A DNA stretch of 64,000 nt from a bacterium (GTDB lineage: Bacteria; UBA8248): the NCBI GenBank assembly GCA_965199855.1, contig OZ241326.1, positions 1,248,001 through 1,312,000 of the forward strand. The letters are read 5' to 3'. Made by a program: the position numbers and the translations under genes. The notes beneath the pieces were generated by a model. That model searched no databases and was not told the DNA's origin. It saw nothing but the letters and a program-made list of their open reading frames with translations. Shown piece by piece: positions 22,183-32,441 of this stretch (position 1 is its first letter; each line of letters starts with the position of its first letter).

Positions 22183-23445
22183 GTGGAGCAGCTTCGGATT
22201 CGGGGGGGCAGGCCGCTTCGGGGGGAGACCGGGGCGTCCGGCTCGAAGAACGCTTCCCTGCCGATGCTGGCCGCGGCGCTTCTGGCCGGGGGCGTGAGCC
22301 GCGCGCGGCGGATTCCCGAGCTGAGCGACACGAACACCATTCTGCGGCTTCTGGCGGAGTTCGGGGTCGAGACGCGGCGGGAGGCGCCCGGCCGCGTCCG
22401 CCTGGACGCCTCGAACGTCACCGGCGGCGTCGCGCCCTACGAGCTGGTGCAGCCGATGCGCGCCTCCATCCTGGTGCTGGGGCCGCTGCTCGCGCGCTTC
22501 GGCCGCGCCCGCGTCTCCCTGCCGGGCGGCTGCGCCATCGGGGCGCGGCCCATCGATCAGCACCTGAAGGGGCTGCGCGCGATGGGGGCGGAGGTCGGCG
22601 TGGAGCGCGGCTACATCCAGGCCAGCGCGCGGAAGCTCAGGGGGGCGCGCATCGCCTTCGACCTCGCGACGGTGACGGGGACGATGAACCTGATGATGGC
22701 GGCCGCTCTGGCGAAGGGCGTCACCGTTCTCGAGAACGCCGCGCTCGAGCCGGAGGTTTCGACCCTCGCGGACCTGCTGAACGGCATGGGCGCGCGGGTG
22801 AGCGGGGCGGGCGCGCCCGTCATCGAAATCGAGGGGGTGGACGCGCTCGGGGGATACGACGCGGCGGCGCCTCCGGACCGCATCGAGACGGGCACCCTGA
22901 TGATCGCGGCGGCCATCACGGGAGGCTCGCTCAAAATCGCGGACTGCGAGCCGGCGCAGGTGCGCGCCCTCACGCGCAAGCTCGCCGAGGCCGGCGTGGA
23001 GGTTTCGGAGGGGGAGGACTGGGTGCGCGCGCGCGGCGCGGGCGCGGCGGCGCCCGTGAGCGTCAAGACGGCGCCCTATCCGGGATTTCCCACGGATCTC
23101 CAGGCGCAGTTCATGGCGCTGATGACGCTGGCGCGGGGAAGCTCCGTGATCACGGAGACCATTTTCGAGAACCGCTTCATGCACGCCGCCGAGCTTTCGA
23201 GGATGAACGCGCGGATTCACCTCGACGGCCGGACGGCGCGCGTCGAGGGCGTGGAGCGCCTCGCCGGCGCTTCGGTGATGGCGACCGACCTGCGGGCGAG
23301 CGCCTCGCTCGTCCTGGCGGGCCTGGCGGCGCAGGGGGAGACCATCGTCCGCGGGGTGGGGCACATCGACAGGGGATACCAGTGCCTCGAGGAGAAGCTG
23401 CGGAGCCTCGGCGCGGACATCGAGCGCGAATCGGAGCCGCGATGA
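22183..23445 (+). CDS. murA: UDP-N-acetylglucosamine 1-carboxyvinyltransferase
   Basis: [27 protein letters not shown] (Cys form), [13 protein letters not shown]. Confidence 0.97.
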   Translation: MEQLRIRGGRPLRGETGASGSKNASLPMLAAALLAGGVSRARRIPELSDTNTILRLLAEFGVETRREAPGRVRLDASNVTGGVAPYELVQPMRASILVLGPLLARFGRARVSLPGGCAIGARPIDQHLKGLRAMGAEVGVERGYIQASARKLRGARIAFDLATVTGTMNLMMAAALAKGVTVLENAALEPEVSTLADLLNGMGARVSGAGAPVIEIEGVDALGGYDAAAPPDRIETGTLMIAAAITGGSLKIADCEPAQVRALTRKLAEAGVEVSEGEDWVRARGAGAAAPVSVKTAPYPGFPTDLQAQFMALMTLARGSSVITETIFENRFMHAAELSRMNARIHLDGRTARVEGVERLAGASVMATDLRASASLVLAGLAAQGETIVRGVGHIDRGYQCLEEKLRSLGADIERESEPR

Positions 23446-24152
23446 AGGAGAGCCGCGGGAGGGAACTGACGATCGCCCTGCCCAAGGGGAGAATCTTCGG
23501 CGAGGCCGCGGCGCGTCTGGCGAAGGCGGGGATGCTCTCGGCGCCGGTTTCGGAGAAATCCCGAAAACTCATCCTCCGCGACGCGAAGACGGGCGTCCGC
23601 GTCCTCATTCTGAGGAATCACGACGTGCCCATCTACGTGGAGCGCGGCGCCGCCGATTTGGGAATCATCGGCCGCGACGTGCTGCTCGAGCAGGGCAGGG
23701 ACGTCTATGAGCCTCTGGATTTGAAGATGGCGCCGTGCCGCCTCATGGTCGCGGCGCCGGAGGGGGTGGAATGGCGCGACCTCGCCGGACGCGCCTCGCT
23801 GCGCGTGGCGACGAAGTTTCCGGTCATCACGGCCGGGTTTTTCGAGCGCATGGGGGTTCAGGCGCGCGTCGTCCGCCTCTACGGAAACGTGGAGATCGCC
23901 CCCGCCCTGGGGGTGGCGGACGCGGTCGTGGACCTGGTGGACACCGGCGGAACGCTGCGGGCGAACGGCCTGGCGCCGGTTCGGGAGATTTTCAGCGCGA
24001 CGGCGCGGCTCATCGCCAACCGCGCGAGCCTCAAGACGAACTACGAGAAGGTGAGCGAGGCGATAGAGCGGTTCCGGCGGGCGATTCCCGCCGCCGGCGG
24101 CAGCCGCGCCCGGCGGGGCGCCGGCCCCTCGCCCCGGAGGAAAAAGGCGTGA
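23442..24152 (+). CDS. hisG: ATP phosphoribosyltransferase, short form
   Basis: IALPKGR, DVPIYVERG, RVATKF, DLVDTGGTLRANGL; no C-terminal regulatory domain. Confidence 0.95.
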   Translation: MKESRGRELTIALPKGRIFGEAAARLAKAGMLSAPVSEKSRKLILRDAKTGVRVLILRNHDVPIYVERGAADLGIIGRDVLLEQGRDVYEPLDLKMAPCRLMVAAPEGVEWRDLAGRASLRVATKFPVITAGFFERMGVQARVVRLYGNVEIAPALGVADAVVDLVDTGGTLRANGLAPVREIFSATARLIANRASLKTNYEKVSEAIERFRRAIPAAGGSRARRGAGPSPRRKKA

Positions 24153-24221
24153 GTCGCCGGGAGACGGCGGGGGGCGGCGGCGCGCGCGTCTCCTTGGGCG
24201 GCGCCCGCGCGAGGAGAAGGC

Positions 24222-25553
24222 GTGCGGCGCGTTAGGTGCGGCCAGGAGAATTTCGACGCCGAGATCGAGCGGCTCTCCCGGAGCGGGGCGGACGCGCTCT
24301 CGGACGCGGAGCCGGCCGTCCGCGCGATCGTCGAGCGCGTGCGCGAGGGCGGCGACGCCGCCCTCATCGAGTTGACGCGCGAGCTGGACGGCGTCTCCCT
24401 GGAGGAGGCGGGATTCTGGGTCGGCGAGGAGGAGATGGCGCGGGCGGCCGCGGCGCTGCCGCCGGAGACGCTCGACGCCCTCGAGCTCGCCGCCGGGCGG
24501 ATTCGCGCGTTTCACGAAGCCCAGGTTCCGCGGAGAATCACGCTGGAGCCCGCCTCCGGCGAGCGGCTCTCCCTCATCCCCGCCCCGCTCGCGCGCGTGG
24601 GACTGTACGCGCCGGGGGGGACGGCGGCCTATCCCTCCACCGTGCTGATGAACGCGATTCCCGCGCGCGCCGCGGGCGTGGAGGAGCTGGTTCTGTGCGT
24701 CCCGCCGGGGGCGGACGGACGGGTTCCCGACGCCGCGCTGGCGGCGGCCTCCCTGGCGGGTCTCTCGCGCGTCGCGCGCGTGGGCGGGGCGCAGGCGGTC
24801 GCCGCCATGGCCTACGGAACCGAGAGCGTCCCCCGGGTGGACAAGATCGCGGGGCCGGGCGGCGTCCATGTCGCCGCCGCCAAGCGCGTCGTTCGCGGGG
24901 AGGTGGAAATCGACAAGGAGGCGGGACCGAGCGAGGTGGTCGTCCTGCTGGACGATCCCGCGCTCGCGGAGTGGGCGGCGGCGGACCTCCTCGCCCAGGC
25001 CGAGCACGACGCGCGCGCCATGGCGGTGGGCGTCTGCGTGGGAGAGGCGGCGGCGGACGCCCTGCTCCGGGAGGTGGAGCGCCAGCTGCGCCTCATGGGG
25101 AGGCGCGAGGCGGCCTCCCGCGCGCTCGGGAGCCGGGGCGCCGTCATCGAGGCGCGCTCGCGCGAGGAGGCGCTGGAGGCGGCGGAGAGGCTCGCGCCCG
25201 AGCATCTGGAGATACTGCTGGAGGACGCAGAGGAGGCCGCCGCCGGGGTTCGCCGCGCCGGCGCCGTGTTCTGCGGGCCGTGGAGTCCCGCGGCCCTGGG
25301 CGACTACCTCGCCGGCCCGAACCACGTACTTCCCACCGGCGGCGCGGCGCGCTTCGCCTCTCCGCTGGGGGTCCATGACTTCATCAAATGGCGGAGCGAG
25401 GCGCGCTTCGACGCGGCCGCCGCCGCCCGGCTCGCCGCGCCCGCGGCGCGGCTCGCCGATCTCGAGGGCCTGCCCGCCCACGCGCGCGCCCTGCGCCTGC
25501 GGCTCGCCGCGCCCCGCGGGGACGCTGGCGGGGCGGGAGCGGATCAAGCATAA
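24222..25553 (+). CDS. hisD: Histidinol dehydrogenase
   Basis: YAPGG.A.YPSTVLM, AGPSE, QAEHD, APEHLE, GDYLAGPNHVLPT. Confidence 0.95.
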   Translation: MRRVRCGQENFDAEIERLSRSGADALSDAEPAVRAIVERVREGGDAALIELTRELDGVSLEEAGFWVGEEEMARAAAALPPETLDALELAAGRIRAFHEAQVPRRITLEPASGERLSLIPAPLARVGLYAPGGTAAYPSTVLMNAIPARAAGVEELVLCVPPGADGRVPDAALAAASLAGLSRVARVGGAQAVAAMAYGTESVPRVDKIAGPGGVHVAAAKRVVRGEVEIDKEAGPSEVVVLLDDPALAEWAAADLLAQAEHDARAMAVGVCVGEAAADALLREVERQLRLMGRREAASRALGSRGAVIEARSREEALEAAERLAPEHLEILLEDAEEAAAGVRRAGAVFCGPWSPAALGDYLAGPNHVLPTGGAARFASPLGVHDFIKWRSEARFDAAAAARLAAPAARLADLEGLPAHARALRLRLAAPRGDAGGAGADQA

Positions 25554-25598
25554 TCGGCGGCGCCGGAATCGTCCGCCCCATCCGCCGGGAGAGAGAAG

Positions 25599-26201
25599 GT
25601 GGCCTCGGAACCCAGGCCCAGACGCGCGCGCGCGAGCCGCAGGACGAAGGAGACCGACTTCTCCGTCTCGGTGAACCTCGACGGCGCGGGCGAGGCGAAA
25701 ATCGACACGGGAATCGGCTTTTTCGACCACATGCTCGCCCAGATCGCCCGCCACGCGCTGGTGGACGTCTCCGTTCGGGGCAGGGGCGACCTCGAGGTGG
25801 ACGCCCACCACACGGTGGAGGACGTGGGCATCCTCTTCGGCCAGGCGCTGTCGAAGGCGCTGGGCGACCGGGCGGGCATCGTCCGCTACGCCGACGCGCG
25901 CCTGCCCATGATGGACGCCCTCGTTCAGGTGGCGGCGGATTTCGGCGGCAGGGGAAACCTCGTGTTCCGGGGAACGTTTCCCGAGGCGCGAATCGGCGGC
26001 TTCGACGCCGCCCTCGCGCGCGAGTTCTTCTGGTCGGCGGCTACGCACGGCGGCATAGACCTCCACGTCGAGGTCCGCTACGGGGAGAACAGCCACCACA
26101 TGGTGGAGGCCGTCTTCAAGGGCTTCGCGCGCGCGTTGCGGGCGGGGGTCGCCCTCGACCCCCGGGGCGCGGGGATTCCCAGCACGAAGGGCGTTTTGTA
26201 G
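25599..26201 (+). CDS. hisB: Imidazoleglycerol-phosphate dehydratase
   Basis: RRTKETD, FFDHML, DAHHTVEDVG, NSHHMVEAVFK, PSTKG. Confidence 0.97.
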   Translation: MASEPRPRRARASRRTKETDFSVSVNLDGAGEAKIDTGIGFFDHMLAQIARHALVDVSVRGRGDLEVDAHHTVEDVGILFGQALSKALGDRAGIVRYADARLPMMDALVQVAADFGGRGNLVFRGTFPEARIGGFDAALAREFFWSAATHGGIDLHVEVRYGENSHHMVEAVFKGFARALRAGVALDPRGAGIPSTKGVL

Positions 26202-26243
26202 AAAAAAAATTCTTTCGGGACTCACCGGCATGGCGGGAGGAGA

Positions 26244-26918
26244 ATGGGCGGCGAAATCGTCGTGATCGACTACGGCATGGGCAACGTCCTGAGCGTGGGG
26301 AACGCCTTGCGGAAAATCGGCGCCGAGGCGGCGCTGAGCGCCGATCCGGCGGACATCGAGCGGGCGCGGGGCGTCATCCTGCCCGGGGTGGGCGGCTTCC
26401 CCGACTGCATGGGCGCCCTGGAGGCGGCCGGCCTCACCGACCCCCTGCGCCGCGCCATCGGGCGGGGCGTCCCCTATCTGGGAATATGCCTCGGCCTCCA
26501 GATTCTCTTCGAGGAGAGCGAGGAGTTCGGCGCTACGCCGGGCCTGGGGCTGCTGCCCGGGCGCGTGCGGCGCTTTCCCGAAGGGATGACGGAAAACGGC
26601 GGCGCGCCGCCCCTCAAGGTTCCCCACATGGGCTGGAACCGGCCCCGGCTTCACGGCTCCTCCCCGCTGCTGGAGGACGTGCCGCCGGGGGCGCGCTTCT
26701 ACTTCGCGCACTCCTACTACGCGGAGCCCTCCGGGGCCGCGCGCCCCTGGATCGCGGCGACCTGCGAGTTCGGCGTTCCCTTCATCGCCAGCGTCCGCAA
26801 GGGCAGCCTCTTCGCCACCCAGTTCCACCCAGAGAAAAGCGGCGCGCCCGGCCTGGGGGTCTTGAGGAAGTTCGCCGACATCTGCCGCGCGGGCGCGAAA
26901 GGTTTTTCGCCTTCGTAG
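26244..26918 (+). CDS. hisH: Imidazole glycerol phosphate synthase glutaminase subunit
   Basis: DYGMGN, LPGVG, GICLGLQ, PHMGWN, QFHPEKS. Confidence 0.97.
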   Translation: MGGEIVVIDYGMGNVLSVGNALRKIGAEAALSADPADIERARGVILPGVGGFPDCMGALEAAGLTDPLRRAIGRGVPYLGICLGLQILFEESEEFGATPGLGLLPGRVRRFPEGMTENGGAPPLKVPHMGWNRPRLHGSSPLLEDVPPGARFYFAHSYYAEPSGAARPWIAATCEFGVPFIASVRKGSLFATQFHPEKSGAPGLGVLRKFADICRAGAKGFSPS

Positions 26919-26994
26919 GGGCGGTTCGGGAACCGCCCGTTTTGCAAGAAGGATTCGCATCGGAGGCGGCGGGTGGTTCACGGACGACCCCTAC
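26915..26994. repeat. REPIN-like inverted pair of GTAG REP elements
   Basis: GTAGGGGCGGTTCGGGAACCGCCC (26915-26938) and an inverted degenerate copy ending CCCCTAC (26971-26994), 19/24 identical. Confidence 0.8.
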
Positions 26995-27034
26995 GGAAGA
27001 TTTTTCGCGCCTCGGCGGGATATGAACCCGGCGC

Positions 27035-27268
27035 GGACAACCCCCTATGGTTGTCCCTACGATCGGCATTACGACCCGGAACGGGGCGCATGAATGGAAG
27101 CGCTCTCGCTCTTCACCTGGCAAACCGTCGCCGCCCTCGCCCGTAGGGGACGCATTCATGCGTTCCGCGCCGTTCCCGTTGACGGCGATGCGGGCGGGTT
27201 CACGCGCCGCCCGATTTGGAATGGCGGCCGTCAAAAGGGGCCGTAGGGACAACCCTCTGTGGTTGTCC
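27035..27268. repeat. Second GTAG REP family (two inverted copies) enclosing a third GTAG palindrome
   Basis: GGACAACCCCCTATGGTTGTCCCTAC (27035-27060) and GTAGGGACAACCCTCTGTGGTTGTCC (27243-27268); GTAGGGGACGCATTCATGCGTTCC at 27143-27166. Confidence 0.78.
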
Positions 27269-27301
27269 CCGGCTGCCGTCCCCCTTTTCGCCGTCCCTCT
27301 C

Positions 27302-27329
27302 CTGGATTCCGGCCTTCGCCGGAACGACG
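27302..27329 (-). repeat. Short palindromic element of the GTCATTCCGGCGAAGGCCGGAATCCAG type
   Basis: Reverse strand reads CGTCGTTCCGGCGAAGGCCGGAATCCAG, a hairpin resembling a widespread interspersed repeat (recognised by recall). Confidence 0.65.
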
Positions 27330-27498
27330 GCGGGAGTGGAGGTTTTCACGTTTCCGCGAGGGCGGCGCCGAAAGGACGCGCCGCCGGGGGGAGCGCGGCC
27401 GCCGGGGGGAGCTTTTCGCGCGCGTTTGCAATAAAATCCGTTTGGGTTTAAGGAGAGGCGCGGGCGGAGGCGAGGCTCATTCATCTGCGGGGGCGGCG

Positions 27499-28224
27499 GT
27501 GCTTCTCATTCCGGCGGTCGATCTCAGGGGCGGCAGGTGCGTGCGGCTCGTCCAGGGCCGAAAAGAGCGCGAAATCGTCTATGACGGCGACCCGGCGGCG
27601 TGGGCCTCGCGCTGGGCGGAGCAGGGGGCGCGGCGGCTGCACCTCATCGACCTGGACGGCGCCTTCGGCGGCGCGCCCGCCCACCTGGACGTTCTGGCGC
27701 GGGTGGCGGCGGCGGTGGACGCGCCCGTGGAATTCGGCGGCGGCGTGAGGTCGGAGGAATCGCTCGCGGCCGTCCTGGAGGCGGGGGCGCGCTTCGTCAT
27801 CCTGGGAACCAGCGCGCTCAGGGCGCCGGAGTTTCTCGAATCCGCTGCCCGCGCCCATCCCGGACGAATCCTCCTGGGCGTCGACGCCAGGGACGGGCGG
27901 GTGCGAATCGCGGGCTGGGAGGAGGGGAACTCGATCGCCCCCGAGGCTCTGGCGCGCCGCTTCGCCGACCTTCCCCTGGCGGGCGTCGTCTTCACCGACA
28001 TCAGGCGCGACGGCGCGCTGGAGGGCTTCGACCCCGCCCCCGCCGCCGCCCTCGCCGAGGCGTGCGGCCTGCCCGTCATCGCGGCGGGCGGGGTGAGCCG
28101 GCTCGAGGACGTGGAGAAGCTGATTCCCCTGGAGGAGAAGGGCGTCGTGGGCGCGGTCGTGGGGCGCGCCCTGTATGAGGGGACGCTGGACTTCGCCCGC
28201 GCGATGGAGATGCTCTCTTGCTAG
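27499..28224 (+). CDS. hisA: ProFAR isomerase
   Basis: [45 protein letters not shown]; GTG 27499. Confidence 0.96.
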   Translation: MLLIPAVDLRGGRCVRLVQGRKEREIVYDGDPAAWASRWAEQGARRLHLIDLDGAFGGAPAHLDVLARVAAAVDAPVEFGGGVRSEESLAAVLEAGARFVILGTSALRAPEFLESAARAHPGRILLGVDARDGRVRIAGWEEGNSIAPEALARRFADLPLAGVVFTDIRRDGALEGFDPAPAAALAEACGLPVIAAGGVSRLEDVEKLIPLEEKGVVGAVVGRALYEGTLDFARAMEMLSC

Positions 28225-28982
28225 CCAGGCGCGTCATCCCCTGCCTCGACGTGAAGGAGGGCCGGGTGGTGAAGGGGGTCAACTTCGAGGGGCTGCGCGA
28301 CGCGGGCGACCCCGTGGAGTGCGCCGCCCACTACGACGAGATGGGGGCGGATGAAATCTGCTTTCTCGACATCACCGCCTCGAAGGAGAAGCGCGGCGCC
28401 CTGCTCGACGTGGTGCGCCGGACGGCCGAGCGGGTGTTCGTGCCGCTCACGGTGGGCGGCGGCGTGCGCGAGGAGGACGACGTGCGCGACCTGCTGCGGG
28501 CGGGGGCGGACAAGGTGAGCATCAACAGCGCGGCGCTCCGGGACCCGGAGGCGCTCAGGCGCTCGGCGGAGCGCTACGGGAGCTCCACCATCGTGTGCGC
28601 CATCGACGCCAAGCGCGTCCGCGGCGACCCGCCCGCGTGGGAGGCGTTCACGCACGGGGGCTCGCGCCCCACGGGCCGCGACGCCGTGGCCTGGGCGGAG
28701 GAGGCGTGCGCGCTGGGCGCGGGCGAGATTCTCCTGACCAGCATGGACAGGGACGGCACCCGGGACGGATACGACCTCGCGCTCACGCGCGCCGTCGCGG
28801 AGCGCGTGGGCGCGCCCGTCATCGCCTCGGGCGGGGTGGGCGGCCTGGAGCATCTATACGAGGGGCTGGCCGAGGGCCGCGCCGACGCCGTTCTGGCCGC
28901 CTCCATCTTTCACTTCGGCGACTACTCGGTCGCGGAGGCGAAAGCCTACCTGCGCGAGCGCGGCGTGGAGGTGCGGCTGTGA
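28218..28982 (+). CDS. hisF: Imidazole glycerol phosphate synthase cyclase subunit
   Basis: [32 protein letters not shown]. Confidence 0.97.
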   Translation: MLARRVIPCLDVKEGRVVKGVNFEGLRDAGDPVECAAHYDEMGADEICFLDITASKEKRGALLDVVRRTAERVFVPLTVGGGVREEDDVRDLLRAGADKVSINSAALRDPEALRRSAERYGSSTIVCAIDAKRVRGDPPAWEAFTHGGSRPTGRDAVAWAEEACALGAGEILLTSMDRDGTRDGYDLALTRAVAERVGAPVIASGGVGGLEHLYEGLAEGRADAVLAASIFHFGDYSVAEAKAYLRERGVEVRL

Positions 28983-29653
28983 GCGGCGCGGACTTGCCCG
29001 AGGTGAAATGGAGCGCGGAGGGCCTGGCCCCCGCGATTTGCCAGGACGCGCGCACGGGGCAGGTTCTCGCCCTCGCCTGGGTGAACGAGGAGGCGCTGCG
29101 CCTCACGCTGGAGAAGGGGACGGTCCACTTCTGGTCGCGCTCGCGCGCCGCGCTCTGGCACAAGGGCGAAACCTCGGGAAACTATCTGCGCCTCGTCTCG
29201 GCGCGGCTCGACTGCGACGCGGACGCGCTGGTGTTCCTCGTGGAGCCCGACGGTCCGGCCTGCCACACGAACCGGATGTCGTGCTTCTTCAACGAAATTC
29301 CCGCGCCCGCGCGCGAGGGGAGCGGGGCGGAGCCGTCCTTCGACCAGAACCTGCTCGAGGCGATCTACCGGCTCATCCTGGAGCGGAAAAGCGAGGGCGA
29401 CGCGGACGCGAGCTACGTGGCGCGCCTGTTCGCCGGGGGCGAGGACAGGATTTTGAAGAAGATAGGCGAGGAGGCCACCGAGGTCGTCATGGCCATGAAG
29501 AACGACGACGCGGACGAGATCGTGAGCGAGATGGCGGATTTGTGGTTTCACTCCCTGGTGGGGCTGGCCGCGCGCGACGCGCCGCCCGGCCGGGTTTTCG
29601 CGGAACTCGCCCGCCGGTTCGGGCGGGGGGGCAGGCCCGAATCGGAGAGATAG
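28979..29653 (+). CDS. hisIE: Bifunctional phosphoribosyl-AMP cyclohydrolase / phosphoribosyl-ATP pyrophosphatase
   Basis: [23 protein letters not shown]...[20 protein letters not shown]. Confidence 0.95.
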   Translation: MSGADLPEVKWSAEGLAPAICQDARTGQVLALAWVNEEALRLTLEKGTVHFWSRSRAALWHKGETSGNYLRLVSARLDCDADALVFLVEPDGPACHTNRMSCFFNEIPAPAREGSGAEPSFDQNLLEAIYRLILERKSEGDADASYVARLFAGGEDRILKKIGEEATEVVMAMKNDDADEIVSEMADLWFHSLVGLAARDAPPGRVFAELARRFGRGGRPESER

Positions 29654-29719
29654 GCGCCGCCGCGCCGGGAATCCGGGGAGGCGGCGGATCGCGCCGATGT
29701 TTCATTTTTTTCATTATAT

Positions 29720-29748
29720 TTGACAATTTCGCCCCCGCTTCCTATATT
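29720..29748 (+). promoter_or_regulatory. sigma70-type promoter upstream of mutS2-dnaG-rpoD
   Basis: TTGACA-N17-TATATT with an AT-rich UP-like tract at 29699-29719. Confidence 0.8.
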
Positions 29749-30062
29749 GGCGACTGGCGGCGGGAGAGACGCTCCGCCGCGTGGCGCGGCGTCGGAAGCC
29801 GTTGAATATCAATGAAATGCGGGATGGGGCGGCTCATCCCCCTTGTTTTGTCCACCGCCGTTCGCTTTCGGGATCATCCGGCAGGCGCGGCCGGCCCGAA
29901 AGACGCCGGATGGCCATTTCGCCCGGTCGGCGTTACCGACGGATTCCAGAGAGGTTTTTCGAGAAAACGCCGCCCCGCTTCGAGGCCTGGCGCTTTCGGA
30001 CGGCGCGCGGAAAGCGCGGCGCCTTCGCAATCGTGAAATCGCATATCCTTGGAAGACGCTTG

Positions 30063-32408
30063 ATGGATAGCCGCACCCTGCGAGGCATCGAGTTTCCGGA
30101 AGCCCTGAAGCTGCTGGCGGCGCGCTGCGTCTCCGCTTCGGGCGCGGCCCGCGCCGCCCGCCTCGCGCCGGCCGCCGCGTCCGCCGACGTGGACGCCCTG
30201 CTGGATGAGACGGACGAGGCGACCGCGCTTTCGGGGGCGGGCGAGTCCCCGCCGCTCCGCGCCTTCGACGATCCGGCGGAATGGCTGGAGGATATCAGAC
30301 GCCGGGGCGGAAGCCTCGAGGGCGAGAAGTTCCTCTCGATTCTCTCGCTGCTGGACCTCGCCTCGGACGTCCGCCGCTTCCTGGAGGAGCGCGCGGGGCG
30401 GACGCCGGGGCTCGCGGGGCTGCTTCGGGGGGCGGACCTGCTGCGTCCCCTGGCCGCGCGCGTCAGGCGGACGTTCGACGAGCGCGGCGAGGCGCGCGAC
30501 GAGGCGAGCGCGGAGCTGCGGGAGGCCAGGGCGAAGCAGCGCGCGCTCAGGGGCGAGATGCGGCGCCTGCTGGATCGCGTCATGGCCGCCCACCCCGAGG
30601 CGATCCGGGAAAGCCTGATCGTCCAGCGGCGCGAGCGGTACGTGATTCCCGCCCGGACGGCGTTCCGGCGCTTCTTCGAGGGCGTGATTCAGGATCGTTC
30701 GGCGAGCGGGGAGACGCTGTTCGTGGAGCCGCTCCCGGCGGTGCCCGTCAACAACGCCATCGTCTGCGCGCGCGAGGCCGAGCGCGCGGAAGTAGAGAGA
30801 ATTCTGCGCGAGCTGACCGCCGCGGCGATGGAGGCGCGCGGGGCGCTCGCGCGTCTGGTCGAGCGTCTGGCGCGGCTCGACTTGATCTGCGCGAAGGCGC
30901 GCCTGGGGCGCGATTGGCGCGGCGCCCGCGCGGGGGCGAGCGCGGACGGGCGCCTCCGTCTGAAGGACGCGCGGCATCCGCTTCTGGCGGCGGGCGCCGT
31001 GGCGGCGGAGCGGGTGGTGCCCATCGACCTCGAGGTGGGCGGGGCGGGCGTCCGCCAGCTCATCATCACGGGCCCCAACACGGGCGGAAAGACCGTGGCG
31101 CTCAAGACGGCGGGGCTTTGCGTGGCGCTTCACCAGTGCGGGGTTCCCATACCGGCCGCGCCCGACAGCGCGCTTCCCCTCGTCAGGACGCTGTTCGCCG
31201 ACATCGGCGACGAGCAGGACATTCACCAGAACCTGAGCACCTTCTCGGGCCACGCGGCGCGCGTGTCGCGCGCGGCGCGGGAGGCGGGCGAGGGGACGCT
31301 CGCGCTGCTGGACGAGCTGGGCTCCGGCACCGACCCGGCGGAGGGCTCCGCCATCGGGGTCGCCGTGCTGGAGCATCTGGCGGCCAGCGGCGCCCTCTGC
31401 ATCGCCACGACGCACCACGACGCGCTCAAGCATTACGCCTATGCGTCCCCGCGCGCGGAGAACGCCTCCGTGGAGTTCGACCCCGAGGACCTCTCGCCCA
31501 CCTACCGGATCCGCATGGGCGCGTCGGGCCCCAGCAACGCCGTGTCGGTGGCGAGGAAGATGGGGTTGCCCGCGTCGGTGCTGGCGCGCGCGGAGGCGCT
31601 GCTGCGGCAGGGCCCCGTCGAGGCGGATCGGCTGATGGCGAATCTCTCCGCCCGGGAGCGCGACATCGCCGGGAAGGAGGCCGCGCTGGCGGCCAGGCGG
31701 GCGGAGGTCGAAAAAGACGGGGCGGCCCTGGAGCGCCGGATAACCGAGGAGGCGCGCCAGAGGAGCGAGGAGGCGGCCCGCTTCCTCAAGGAGCTTCGGC
31801 GCGAGGCCGACCGCCTCCTGGAAGAGATGCGCGGGGCGCGCGAGGCGGAGGAGGCCAGGAGAGTCGCGCGCGAGCGCATCCGCGGGATGGGCGCGAGAAT
31901 CGCGGAGGCGCTCCCCGCGCCCCCGGAGGCGGCGGCGCGTCCGCCCGCTTTCTGCCGCGTGGGCGACAGGGTGCGCGTTCCGCTCATGAACTGCGTCGGC
32001 GAGGTGTTCGCCCTGCACGGGGAGGACGAGCTGACGGTGGCGGTGAACGGAAAATCCCTGCGCCTCGCCCGCGGCGCGGTGGAGGCGCTTGACGGGGCGC
32101 CGGGACCTTCTCCCCGGGAGGGGACGGTGACGCGCGAGATCTCCGCGAGAGAGGACGGCTTCTCGCCCGAGCTTCAGCTGCGCGGCGAACGCGCCGAGCG
32201 CGCGATAGAGATGCTGGAGAAATACCTGGACGACGCCGCGCTCGTGGGCGTCGCCTCGGTTCGCATCGTTCACGGCAAGGGCGAGGGGGTGCTCTCCCAA
32301 GTCGTCGCGGAGCGCCTGCGGGAGCACGTCCTGGTGTCGAGGTTCGGCCCCGCCAGGCCCGAGGAGGGCGGCTGGGGGGTCACCCACGTGGAGCTGGCGC
32401 TTCGCTGA
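30063..32408 (+). CDS. mutS2: MutS2 family ATPase/endonuclease with Smr domain
   Basis: SASGETLFVEP, ITGPNTGGKT, DIGDEQ...LSTFS, LDELGSGTDP, IVHGKG.G.L. Confidence 0.95.
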   Translation: MDSRTLRGIEFPEALKLLAARCVSASGAARAARLAPAAASADVDALLDETDEATALSGAGESPPLRAFDDPAEWLEDIRRRGGSLEGEKFLSILSLLDLASDVRRFLEERAGRTPGLAGLLRGADLLRPLAARVRRTFDERGEARDEASAELREARAKQRALRGEMRRLLDRVMAAHPEAIRESLIVQRRERYVIPARTAFRRFFEGVIQDRSASGETLFVEPLPAVPVNNAIVCAREAERAEVERILRELTAAAMEARGALARLVERLARLDLICAKARLGRDWRGARAGASADGRLRLKDARHPLLAAGAVAAERVVPIDLEVGGAGVRQLIITGPNTGGKTVALKTAGLCVALHQCGVPIPAAPDSALPLVRTLFADIGDEQDIHQNLSTFSGHAARVSRAAREAGEGTLALLDELGSGTDPAEGSAIGVAVLEHLAASGALCIATTHHDALKHYAYASPRAENASVEFDPEDLSPTYRIRMGASGPSNAVSVARKMGLPASVLARAEALLRQGPVEADRLMANLSARERDIAGKEAALAARRAEVEKDGAALERRITEEARQRSEEAARFLKELRREADRLLEEMRGAREAEEARRVARERIRGMGARIAEALPAPPEAAARPPAFCRVGDRVRVPLMNCVGEVFALHGEDELTVAVNGKSLRLARGAVEALDGAPGPSPREGTVTREISAREDGFSPELQLRGERAERAIEMLEKYLDDAALVGVASVRIVHGKGEGVLSQVVAERLREHVLVSRFGPARPEEGGWGVTHVELALR

Positions 32409-32441
32409 CGCTGATGATTCGCTTTCCTTGAGGGGGGCGGC

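Noticed and set aside
26915-27330. CRISPR array or his attenuator
   Set aside because: The repeats are inverted, of different families and irregularly spaced; there are no cas genes and no His-codon leader peptide.
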